Assembly (NCBI GenBank): GCA_943788815.1
Contig: CALSRS010000003.1
Span: 161,193-225,192 of the forward strand
Direction: 5' to 3'
DNA from: an uncultured Gammaproteobacteria bacterium
GTDB taxonomy: Bacteria > Pseudomonadota > Gammaproteobacteria > Eutrophobiales > Eutrophobiaceae
DNA length: 64,000 bases
Shown: in pieces, positions 22,560-30,244 of the stretch
Position numbering within the stretch: the first letter of the stretch is position 1
Layout: the number at the start of each line of letters is the position of its first letter
Notes under the pieces: generated by a model
Told to the model about the DNA's origin: nothing
The model's input: the letters and a program-made list of their open reading frames with translations, nothing else
The model's database searches: none
Translations under genes and position numbers: made by a program

Positions 22560-23239
22560 CCCTGAGTTTGAGTCAAAAAGAGTATCTTGATCTGATGGGT
22601 ATTGATGTTTGGGTCGCCAGAGGGAGTAGTGCAAGTAATGAAATGCAAGAAATGGAAGTAAATGAATTTCCTGCTTCGCAAACTCTCAATGAGCTAAAGT
22701 CCACGGTTTCTACCTGTACAAAATGCAGATTACATGCCGGTAGGATACAGACAGTATTTGGTGCTGGTTCACATGAAGCTGACTGGATGCTAATTGGAGA
22801 AGCACCAGGTGCCGAAGAGGATAAACAGGGAATGCCCTTCGTTGGTAGGGCGGGTAAACTCCTTACCGCCATGCTTGCGTCAATTGGATTGGACAGGGAA
22901 AAAGTTTTTATTGCAAACATTCTTAAATGTAGGCCGCCAAATAACCGAGACCCGTCGGCTGATGAGGTCCTGGCATGTGATGATTATCTGAAGACTCAAA
23001 TTAAAATTATTCAGCCCAAGATGATACTTGCTCTAGGTCGGATTGCGGCCCAAAATCTATTAAAGTCCGATGTGCCAATTGGTAAAATGAGAGGGAAGAT
23101 TTATCAATATGGAGAAGCTGAAATTCCTGTCGTAGTTACCTACCATCCAGCATATTTGTTAAGATCGCCAAGGGAAAAACGAAAGTCATGGCAAGATCTA
23201 CAACTTGCTGTTCAGTTATACAAGGGAACTGACAATTGA
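22556..23239 (+). CDS. Family-4 uracil-DNA glycosylase-like protein (4Fe-4S) with N-terminal DNA pol III psi (HolD)-like segment
   Basis: The UDG4 core is CTKCRLH...[23 protein letters not shown]...HPAYLLR. N-terminal residues 5-23, [15 protein letters not shown], resemble the E. coli psi N-terminus (RRDWQLQQLGITQWSLRR). ATGA overlaps the leuA stop, and it is located upstream of rimI as holD is in E. coli. Confidence 0.7.
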   Translation: MTLSLSQKEYLDLMGIDVWVARGSSASNEMQEMEVNEFPASQTLNELKSTVSTCTKCRLHAGRIQTVFGAGSHEADWMLIGEAPGAEEDKQGMPFVGRAGKLLTAMLASIGLDREKVFIANILKCRPPNNRDPSADEVLACDDYLKTQIKIIQPKMILALGRIAAQNLLKSDVPIGKMRGKIYQYGEAEIPVVVTYHPAYLLRSPREKRKSWQDLQLAVQLYKGTDN

Positions 23240-23703
23240 GTGCTGTAATCAAAGAAGATAATTTCTCATTTAGACCCATGATTGAAAATGATCTGGATGA
23301 TGTCCTGCTTATAGAAGGGCTGGTTTATAACTTTCCATGGAGTCGAAGTATATTTACCGATTGTCTGCGTGTTGGGTATTGCAGTTGGATATTACAAACT
23401 AGTAATAATGAAATTAATGCCTATGGCATTATGTCAGTTGCGGTAGGTGAGTGTCATATTCTCAATCTATGCGTACATCCCCGTTCACAACGGATGGGTT
23501 TCGGTAACAATTTATTACATTATTTATTAGATGTAGCAAGAAAGCATAGTGCAAATGTTGCATTTCTTGAAGTTAGGCCTTCAAATGACGCCGCACGTCA
23601 TCTTTATGCTAATGCCGGTTTTAATGAAGTTGGTATGCGGCGAGATTATTACCCTGCCAAAAGTGGTCGCGAAGACGCTATTATATTGGCTCGTTCAATT
23701 TAA
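23236..23703 (+). CDS. rimI: Ribosomal-protein-alanine N-acetyltransferase RimI (GNAT)
   Basis: GNAT motifs (HILNLCVHPRSQRMGFGNNLL; FLEVRPSNDAARHLY). The longest ORF starts at a TTG overlapping the upstream stop. An alternative ATG lies at 23278. Confidence 0.75.
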   Translation: MSAVIKEDNFSFRPMIENDLDDVLLIEGLVYNFPWSRSIFTDCLRVGYCSWILQTSNNEINAYGIMSVAVGECHILNLCVHPRSQRMGFGNNLLHYLLDVARKHSANVAFLEVRPSNDAARHLYANAGFNEVGMRRDYYPAKSGREDAIILARSI

Positions 23704-23713
23704 AATTATATAA

Positions 23714-24616
23714 ATGTCTATAAATAAAAAATATCCCACACTTGAAACAACTATCGGAAATACTCCATTAGTTCGATTACAGAAAATCGGAGCTGATACA
23801 GGTAATGTGCTATTGGCAAAACTGGAAGGTAATAACCCCGCCGGATCTGTGAAAGACAGGCCTGCGGTGAGTATGATCAAATACGCGGAAATTAGAAATG
23901 AGATAAAGCCAGGCGATACATTGATTGAAGCAACCAGTGGTAATACTGGTATTGCTCTTGCCATGGCAGCTGCGATGAAAAGTTATAAAATGATTTTAAT
24001 AATGCCTGAGCATATGAGTCTGGAAAGAAGGGCTGCTATGAAAGCATTTGGTGCAGAAATAATTCTGGTTAGTAAGGCAGAAGGCATGGAAGGTGCCAGG
24101 GACATTGCCGATGAAATGGAAAAAAAGGGACGGGGAAAGGTTTTGAATCAATTTTCTAACCCCGATAATCCTCGTGCTCACTATGAAGGTACCGGGCCAG
24201 AAATCTGGAAAGCAACAAATGGAGAAGTAACTCACTTTGTAAGCGCGATGGGTACGACGGGTACAATTATGGGTGTATCCAGGTATCTGAAAGAAAAAAA
24301 TCCTGATATAAAGATCGTGGGTGTTCAGCCTGAAGGTAACGAGAGTATACCGGGCATTAGACGATGGCCTGTGGAATACCTACCTGAAATATATGAATCT
24401 AATCGAGTAGATCAAGTTATAGATATATCACCGGCTCAAGCTGAGGTGATGACGAGGCGTCTTGCAACACAAGAAGGTATATTCGCCGGGATTTCTTCAG
24501 GAGGTGCAATCCATGCAACACTTGAGCTTGCAAAACAGGTGGACAATGCAGTCATGGTAACGATCATCTGTGACCGTGGTGACAGGTATTTGTCAACGGA
24601 TGTATTTCCTGCATGA
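23714..24616 (+). CDS. cysM: Cysteine synthase B-like (PLP-dependent, CysM/CysK family)
   Basis: 300 aa: NPAGSVKDRPA lysine motif and GNTGIALA. The length is typical of CysM. Confidence 0.8.
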   Translation: MSINKKYPTLETTIGNTPLVRLQKIGADTGNVLLAKLEGNNPAGSVKDRPAVSMIKYAEIRNEIKPGDTLIEATSGNTGIALAMAAAMKSYKMILIMPEHMSLERRAAMKAFGAEIILVSKAEGMEGARDIADEMEKKGRGKVLNQFSNPDNPRAHYEGTGPEIWKATNGEVTHFVSAMGTTGTIMGVSRYLKEKNPDIKIVGVQPEGNESIPGIRRWPVEYLPEIYESNRVDQVIDISPAQAEVMTRRLATQEGIFAGISSGGAIHATLELAKQVDNAVMVTIICDRGDRYLSTDVFPA

Positions 24617-24663
24617 TTAGTCTGAACATGAAAAGAATTAGTTAACTAAAGAAGATAAGCATA

Positions 24664-25458
24664 ATGAATGTCCTGGTATTTGATATTGAGACCATACCTG
24701 ATACTTCATCAGGCAGACTATTATACGACCTTGAAGGATTGTCAGATAAGGAAGTAGCAGAAGTGATGTTTAGTCGCCGTCGTCAAGATACAGATGGCGC
24801 GTCAGATTTTTTGCGGTTACACCTTCATAAAGTCGTAGCAATATCGGTGTTGTTAAAAACAAAAGATAGTGTAAATGTTTGGTCGCTTGGAGAACCAGAT
24901 TCAGATGAAAAAGAAATTATTAAACGTTTTTATGAAGGAATAGATAAGTATATCCCTCGGATAGTTTCCTGGAATGGACGCGGATTTGATTTACCCGTAT
25001 TGCATTACAGAGCATTGCTTTATGGCGTTAATGCTCAGAGGTATTGGGAAACAGGCAATGATGACCAGAGTTTTCGTTGGAACAATTACCTAAGCAGATA
25101 CCATGATAGACACACAGATTTAATGGATTTACTTGCTGGTTACGAATATCGTGCTGTCGCCCCGCTTGAACAGATTGCAACTATGCTTGGTTACCCCGGA
25201 AAAATGGGCATGAGTGGTGACAAAGTATGGGATACCTTTCAGGCAGGAGATATTGGTTCCATCAGGGACTATTGCGAGACAGATGTCCTGAATACGTACC
25301 TGGTCTACCTGAGATTTGAATTGATGAGAGGCAATATGACACAAGAGGTCTACCAAATGGAATGTGACTCTCTGAAAGAATTACTGGCAAAGGAATCAAA
25401 ACCTCATTTACTCGCATTTCTGGATCAGTGGAGTGCAAGAAATGACAAGACACAATAG
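24664..25458 (+). CDS. Predicted 3'-5' exonuclease, PolB-exonuclease-like (RNase H fold)
   Basis: MNVLVFDIETIPD gives the Exo I motif DIE; later YCETD. 264 aa. Confidence 0.6.
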   Translation: MNVLVFDIETIPDTSSGRLLYDLEGLSDKEVAEVMFSRRRQDTDGASDFLRLHLHKVVAISVLLKTKDSVNVWSLGEPDSDEKEIIKRFYEGIDKYIPRIVSWNGRGFDLPVLHYRALLYGVNAQRYWETGNDDQSFRWNNYLSRYHDRHTDLMDLLAGYEYRAVAPLEQIATMLGYPGKMGMSGDKVWDTFQAGDIGSIRDYCETDVLNTYLVYLRFELMRGNMTQEVYQMECDSLKELLAKESKPHLLAFLDQWSARNDKTQ

Positions 25459-25492
25459 ATATTGATTTCAAGTTAGCGTCTCTCAATTATGT

Positions 25493-26821
25493 ATGTCAAA
25501 CCTCCAGAAAAATAATCAGTTCTCCACGGAAGATGTCCAGATAGAATCCCTGTCACATGAGGGCAGAGGTGTTGCAAGAATTAATGGAAAAACTGTTTTT
25601 GTGTCTGGTGCATTGCCTGGTGAATCCGTTGCAATTAATTATACTCGGCGGAAACCCAAGTTTGACGAAGCTGAGGTGCAGGAAATTAAACAGCCATCTC
25701 CAAACCGGGTCGAGGCTGCTTGTAATCATTTTGGTTTATGCGGAGGCTGCAGTCTCCAACATGTTGATAGTGATTACCAAATTGCACATAAGCAGGCAGT
25801 CGTGCTGGAGCAGCTATCTCATATTGGTAATGTACAGCCCCAGAAAATAATATCACCGATTACAGGAAATATTTGGGCTTACAGATTTAAAGCCAGATTG
25901 GGGGTAAAGTATGTTGCCAAAAAGAATAAAGTTCTTGTAGGTTTTCGGGAAAGAAAAAATCCCTCTTTTATTGCTGATATAGATGAATGTTTAGTCCTGG
26001 ACTCGTCAATAGGTAAACGGATTGCAGAGCTTAAATTATTAATCGATAGTTTAAGTATTCGGTCAAAAATTCCTCAATTGGAAGTTGCTATAGGTGAGAG
26101 TGAATCGGTAATCATCCTACGCCACCTGGAAAATTTATCCACTGAAGACATTGCCCTTCTTGATGCATATTCAATAGATTCAGGCATAGTCATTTTGTTA
26201 CAAGGTGGAAATATAAATTCAGTGACAACCTTGCATGGATCTAAGCCAAATTTTCTAGACTATAATTTGCCAATTGAGGATATCAGGATACAGTTTTCTC
26301 CAATGGATTTTACGCAGGTCAACCCTGAAATAAACCAAAAAATGGTTGAAAAAGTAGTTGAATTTTTGGAGTTGCATAACAGGGATACAGTATTGGATCT
26401 ATTTTGTGGATTAGGAAATTTTACATTGCCAATAGCTAGACATTCCCATTTTGTAACAGGTGTAGAAGGAGCACAGCGGCAGGTAGATGGTGCAATAAAA
26501 AATGCTGAAGTAAATGGAATTAGCAACGCTGAATTTAAATGTATTGATCTATATTCAGATAATATTGATTACGCACAGTTATCAGGTAAATATAATAAAT
26601 TATTACTTGATCCTCCAAGAAGTGGGGCAAAAGAAGTCATCAGTAGTCTAAATATGGACAAAATTCAAAAGCTGGTCTATGTTTCCTGTAATCCGGCCAC
26701 CCTGGCAAGAGATGCAGGAATACTTGTAAAAGAAAAAGGGTATATGTTTAAAATGCTTGGGGTAATTGATATGTTTCCACATACCAGCCATGTGGAGTCT
26801 GTTGCGGTTTTTGATAAATAG
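25493..26821 (+). CDS. rlmD: 23S rRNA (uracil1939-C5)-methyltransferase RlmD (RumA)
   Basis: TRAM domain plus 4Fe-4S Cys cluster (CNHFGLCGGCSLQH), an MTase fold (LDLFCGLGNFTLP), and the catalytic VYVSCNPATLARD. Confidence 0.9.
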   Translation: MSNLQKNNQFSTEDVQIESLSHEGRGVARINGKTVFVSGALPGESVAINYTRRKPKFDEAEVQEIKQPSPNRVEAACNHFGLCGGCSLQHVDSDYQIAHKQAVVLEQLSHIGNVQPQKIISPITGNIWAYRFKARLGVKYVAKKNKVLVGFRERKNPSFIADIDECLVLDSSIGKRIAELKLLIDSLSIRSKIPQLEVAIGESESVIILRHLENLSTEDIALLDAYSIDSGIVILLQGGNINSVTTLHGSKPNFLDYNLPIEDIRIQFSPMDFTQVNPEINQKMVEKVVEFLELHNRDTVLDLFCGLGNFTLPIARHSHFVTGVEGAQRQVDGAIKNAEVNGISNAEFKCIDLYSDNIDYAQLSGKYNKLLLDPPRSGAKEVISSLNMDKIQKLVYVSCNPATLARDAGILVKEKGYMFKMLGVIDMFPHTSHVESVAVFDK

Positions 26822-26831
26822 AATAATTATT

Positions 26832-27326
26832 ATGGATATCACAAGTGCAAAATATATAGAAATTTCTCTATCTAAGCAGGTTCTAATATTACAACAAGGT
26901 AGAGCAATACTATTTAAATCAAAAATTTCTTCAGCATTAAACGGCGCAGGAGAATTGTCCGGCAGTTTGTGCACACCAAGGGGATTGCATTTTATCAGCG
27001 ATAAAATTGGCAGTAATTGTCAAGAAGGTACCGTATTTGAAGCCAGGAAACCTACCGGTGAAATATATTCCGATGACCTTGCTCTTAAATACCCTGATCG
27101 GGACTGGGTACTAACACGAATTCTAAGGTTATCTGGGAAGGAGGTCGGTCGAAATAAAGGAAGTAATGTGGATTCATTTGATCGGTATATATACATACAT
27201 GGAACACCTGAAGAATCTGCTATCGGAAATCCAGTGTCCCATGGATGTATACGGATGAAAAATCCGGATATTATGGAATTATTTGAAATGGTTAATGTTA
27301 ATACTGAGGTCCTTATTAACGAATAA
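26832..27326 (+). CDS. L,D-transpeptidase (YkuD/ErfK family)
   Basis: The catalytic HGCIRM motif is present. The ORF-track start at 26766 overlaps rlmD. The ATG at 26832, 11 nt after the rlmD stop, is preferred. Confidence 0.8.
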   Translation: MDITSAKYIEISLSKQVLILQQGRAILFKSKISSALNGAGELSGSLCTPRGLHFISDKIGSNCQEGTVFEARKPTGEIYSDDLALKYPDRDWVLTRILRLSGKEVGRNKGSNVDSFDRYIYIHGTPEESAIGNPVSHGCIRMKNPDIMELFEMVNVNTEVLINE

Positions 27327-27413
27327 TCGTAATTGCGTTCGCTGTAAACCTCTACCCGCTTGGGACGTTAATATTAGTGAACGAAAATAATTAACATAGT
27401 CAGGAGATTTGTA

Positions 27414-27995
27414 ATGATAAAATTTTTAATTCACAGACTTTTACTCACAACAGGGATTATCCTTTCAGTATTGCCGGTTTATTCCATTGCACAGATTGAA
27501 TCACCTCAAGGGATTGAGGATCGAGGTCCAATCCATGCAGAGCAGCGAGAAGCAAGAAGGGCAGAATTTCTTGCCAATAATCCTGAAATTGAAGAGCGTA
27601 TGCAGCAACGTAGAGCACAAATGGAATCCCGGCGTGTAGCATTCGAAGAAAAATATCCAGAAGCAGCTGCAGAAATGCAAAGCTGGGTAGAAGCAGATAG
27701 TGAAAGCCGGCAGTTAATGCGTGAGCAAAAAGAAGTTGCTAGAGCAGAATTTGAACGTAAGTATCCACAAGCCTTTGCTGAAATGAAGGCATTGCGAGAG
27801 CAAGGCAGACAAGAGAGAGAAGCGAGGCGGGCAGAAATGGACGCGCGTCGTGGCGAGTTCGAAGCAAAGTATCCAGAAGCTGCGGCTGAACTACATTCGA
27901 TGCAAGAAGGCTTGGGTCGCCGTGGTGGTGAATTTCGTCGAGGAGAAGGAAAAGGATTTGGACCAAGGTTTGATCGGAATCAACCTGACATTTAG
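27414..27995 (+). CDS. Secreted Arg/Glu-rich tandem-repeat protein (four ~25-aa repeats, R-A-E-F-x-x-K-Y-P-E-A-A-A-E-M), Gly/Arg-rich C-terminus
   Basis: AGGAG SD sequence and a signal peptide (MIKFLIHRLLLTTGIILSVLPVYSIAQ). The internal repeats are visible at DNA level (AAATATCCAGAAGCAGCTGCAGAAATG and AAGTATCCAGAAGCTGCGGCTGAA). Confidence 0.6.
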   Translation: MIKFLIHRLLLTTGIILSVLPVYSIAQIESPQGIEDRGPIHAEQREARRAEFLANNPEIEERMQQRRAQMESRRVAFEEKYPEAAAEMQSWVEADSESRQLMREQKEVARAEFERKYPQAFAEMKALREQGRQEREARRAEMDARRGEFEAKYPEAAAELHSMQEGLGRRGGEFRRGEGKGFGPRFDRNQPDI

Positions 27996-28004
27996 ATAAA
28001 TCTA

Positions 28005-28035
28005 TCTCCTGTAAGCGGGAGAAACGGTCATATTT
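28005..28035 (+). terminator. Possible intrinsic terminator after the repeat-protein gene
   Basis: Hairpin TCTCCTG-taag-CGGGAGA, a 7-bp stem with one G-U pair, followed by a weak T-rich tail (AACGGTCATATTT). Confidence 0.3.
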
Positions 28036-28348
28036 ACCGCTCCTCCTTAATATTTATTTTACAGCTCTTGATGAAATAGTAGTAAAAACAACTGCTTAGT
28101 ATAAAAATACTTTTTCAGGTCGAATGTATCATGTCAACCTTGATTCAAGTTTATGCGTTGTGCTTAGTATGGTCAGCGCTTTTTTGCAGATTAATATGCT
28201 CCCAGGAGTACCTATGGAAGCCATGTTTATAACTATATCTGAATGTATTTTTTGTTAGTAACAGCACGGGCAGAAGATTACGTGACGATACTAATATATT
28301 CCGTTTGTTATTGTAGTCGCCATACCATTAATCAAGAGGGGAGTTATT

Positions 28349-28888
28349 CTGGGAAACCAAAAGGAACTGGATCGGTTTCTGGCAGAGGTAGAACGTCGGG
28401 CATACCGAATGGCTGAGATTGCGACAGGTAATGGTGATGATGCATTAGATATTTTACAGGATGCAATGTACAAGTTGGTACAAAAGTATTCCCACAAGCC
28501 TGCTGAGGAATGGGGACCATTATTCCATACGATACTTCAGAGTCGGATTATGGACTACCATCGTCGGAATACAGTACGAAATAAGTATATGGTTTGGTTT
28601 GGAAGCAAAGATGGGGACAAAGAGATCGATCCTATACAGACGGCAGTGGATGAGCATACCCTCGGGCCTGCTGCCAGTGTAGATCAGGGAATGAGCATGC
28701 AGGTCCTGGATAAAGCGATACGCGAACTTCCTGCGCGCCAACAACAGGCGTTTATGTTGAGGGCACTGGAGGGTCTGAATGTAGCTGAAACGGCGAAGAT
28801 TATGAAATGCTCACAAGGAAGTGTTAAAACACATTATTTCCGGGCGGTATCTGTATTACGAGAAAAATTAGGTGATTACAGGATATGA
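28349..28888 (+). CDS. ECF (group IV) sigma-70 family RNA polymerase sigma factor
   Basis: Region 2 (DDALDILQDAMYKLVQKY) and region 4 HTH (LRALEGLNVAETAKIMKCSQGSVKTHYFRAVSVLREKL) are present. The frame is open upstream of the first ATG (28409) back to 28295. The strong SD sequence AAGAGGGGAG (28335-28343) is followed by CTG at 28349. The ATG-only version would lack ~20 N-terminal residues. Confidence 0.7.
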   Translation: MGNQKELDRFLAEVERRAYRMAEIATGNGDDALDILQDAMYKLVQKYSHKPAEEWGPLFHTILQSRIMDYHRRNTVRNKYMVWFGSKDGDKEIDPIQTAVDEHTLGPAASVDQGMSMQVLDKAIRELPARQQQAFMLRALEGLNVAETAKIMKCSQGSVKTHYFRAVSVLREKLGDYRI

Positions 28889-29220
28889 GTAACGACAAAA
28901 CATTAGACATAGAAACAAAAATTAGAGAACGATTTAATGAAAGCGTATCAGCGTTGGACGGATCAACTTTATCCAGAATTGCGTCTGTAAGAAATCGAGT
29001 ATTGGATGTCTCGTCAGAACCGGTAAGAAATAGGTTTTTATGGATTCCTGTTGGTGCAGTAGCAACATTTTGTGCTGCTATAGTGCTTTATAGTCTAGTG
29101 CCGCAGGAAAATATGGAAAATAAAACATTCATAGATGAGGTTGATATAATCTCTGAACTGGATTTATATGAGAACCTGGAATTCTATGATTGGCTTGAAC
29201 AACATGAGTTACCTTCCTAG
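28885..29220 (+). CDS. Small single-TM membrane protein, putative anti-sigma factor (DUF3619-like by recollection)
   Basis: ATGA overlaps the sigma stop. 111 aa with a central TM (FLWIPVGAVATFCAAIVLYSLV) and an acidic C-terminus. Confidence 0.5.
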   Translation: MSNDKTLDIETKIRERFNESVSALDGSTLSRIASVRNRVLDVSSEPVRNRFLWIPVGAVATFCAAIVLYSLVPQENMENKTFIDEVDIISELDLYENLEFYDWLEQHELPS

Positions 29221-29437
29221 GTTATTATTCTTAGTGATAAGTATTGTTTCAACAATGAGTTTTGCAGGTTCAAGCAAACACGATGAAGTGGAAATTTCAA
29301 TGGAATTTCTTGAATTTCTTTCTGAGTGTGAGACAGATCAGGGAGAATGGAGCGGCCCGGATGGATTTATTGATGATTCTTTTGATCAGTTTTTTATAAT
29401 AGAGCAAGAAAATTTTGAAAATGAAACTGATAAATAA
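29204..29437 (+). CDS. Small acidic secreted protein (hypothetical)
   Basis: Signal peptide (MSYLPRLLFLVISIVSTMSFAGS) then highly acidic (...DDSFDQFFIIEQENFENETDK). It overlaps the anti-sigma 3' end and the DUF3106 5' end. Its coding status is uncertain. Confidence 0.3.
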   Translation: MSYLPRLLFLVISIVSTMSFAGSSKHDEVEISMEFLEFLSECETDQGEWSGPDGFIDDSFDQFFIIEQENFENETDK

Positions 29438-30125
29438 AATATTAATATACAGATTATTGTTTTTGTATGTTATCGCATTTTCGGTAAATGCTCAGGACAT
29501 ATTACCTTGGGAAGAACTTTCTTCTGAACAGCAACAAGTATTAAAACCATTTGAAGAAAAATGGGAAGAAGTGCCTGGAAACAGGAGACGGGCAATGCAA
29601 CGTGGAGCTGAACGATGGAGTAAGATGTCACCAGAGCAACGCCAGAACTCAAGAAACCAGTTCAGACGGTGGAATTCGTTTGATCAGGATAAGAAACAGG
29701 TTGTCAGAAGACGCTTTAATCAGTTCAATAATATTAGCATCGCTGAACGAGAACAATTGAAGCGAAGACAAGAATGGTTCAGAGATTTATCCCCTGAGAT
29801 CCAGACTGCATTAAGGCGAAGGTGGGAGACTATGTCGCCTGAGGAAAGAACCGCCATGCGGCAAAATCGACCTGAGATCAACCAGCAACAACGAGATTTG
29901 GTCCGCGAATACGTACTGAGTTTGAATCCAGACGAACGGTCAAACCTGGAATCCGAGTGGAGATTGATGACTCCTGAAGAAAAAGTTGATTTTATCGAAC
30001 AAACAACAAGACAAAGACCCGATTTCAGATCTCCTCCAAATAATCGTCAACGCGATCAGATTATCCCTAGAATTCAGGACCGAATTAATGACGAGATGCG
30101 GTCAAGAAGACAAGCTCCACGTTAA
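29421..30125 (+). CDS. DUF3106-like secreted repeat protein (W-x-x-M/L-S/T-P-E-E-R repeats)
   Basis: Signal peptide (MKLINKILIYRLLFLYVIAFSVNAQ), then RWSKMSPEQR, FRDLSPEIQ, RWETMSPEER, LSLNPDER, WRLMTPEEK. The ORF-track start is TTG at 29415. The ATG at 29421 is preferred. Confidence 0.7.
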   Translation: MKLINKILIYRLLFLYVIAFSVNAQDILPWEELSSEQQQVLKPFEEKWEEVPGNRRRAMQRGAERWSKMSPEQRQNSRNQFRRWNSFDQDKKQVVRRRFNQFNNISIAEREQLKRRQEWFRDLSPEIQTALRRRWETMSPEERTAMRQNRPEINQQQRDLVREYVLSLNPDERSNLESEWRLMTPEEKVDFIEQTTRQRPDFRSPPNNRQRDQIIPRIQDRINDEMRSRRQAPR

Positions 30126-30244
30126 CATTCCTTAATTCCTTTTAATTTGCAAACTCACCTGGGTTTTTCAAGAGTGTAGTTTCTAGTTACTTTTTATTAA
30201 TGTTTTTGGATGCGTAATTTCGGGGTTCGAGTTAAGATATTGTC

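Noticed and set aside
28175-28185. AGCGCT followed by a T6 run was considered as an intrinsic terminator or small-RNA 3' end in the spacer upstream of the sigma gene.
   Set aside because: The palindrome gives only a 3-bp stem. No supporting longer hairpin was found by eye.
27996-28348. The 350-bp spacer between the repeat protein and the sigma gene was checked for a hidden small gene. One candidate was the minus-strand 9-codon ORF with an AAGGAGGA SD sequence (around 28005-28055).
   Set aside because: The mini-ORF coincides with the terminator hairpin of the upstream gene and encodes only MTVSPAYRR. No conserved-looking coding signal is present, so the region is more likely a 5' UTR/promoter.
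28291-28744. Small ORFs (28291..28497 on the minus strand; 28461..28682 on the plus strand; 28520..28744 on the minus strand) overlap the ECF sigma gene.
   Set aside because: They overlap the conserved sigma region 2/3 coding sequence in other frames or strands and have no recognisable motifs.
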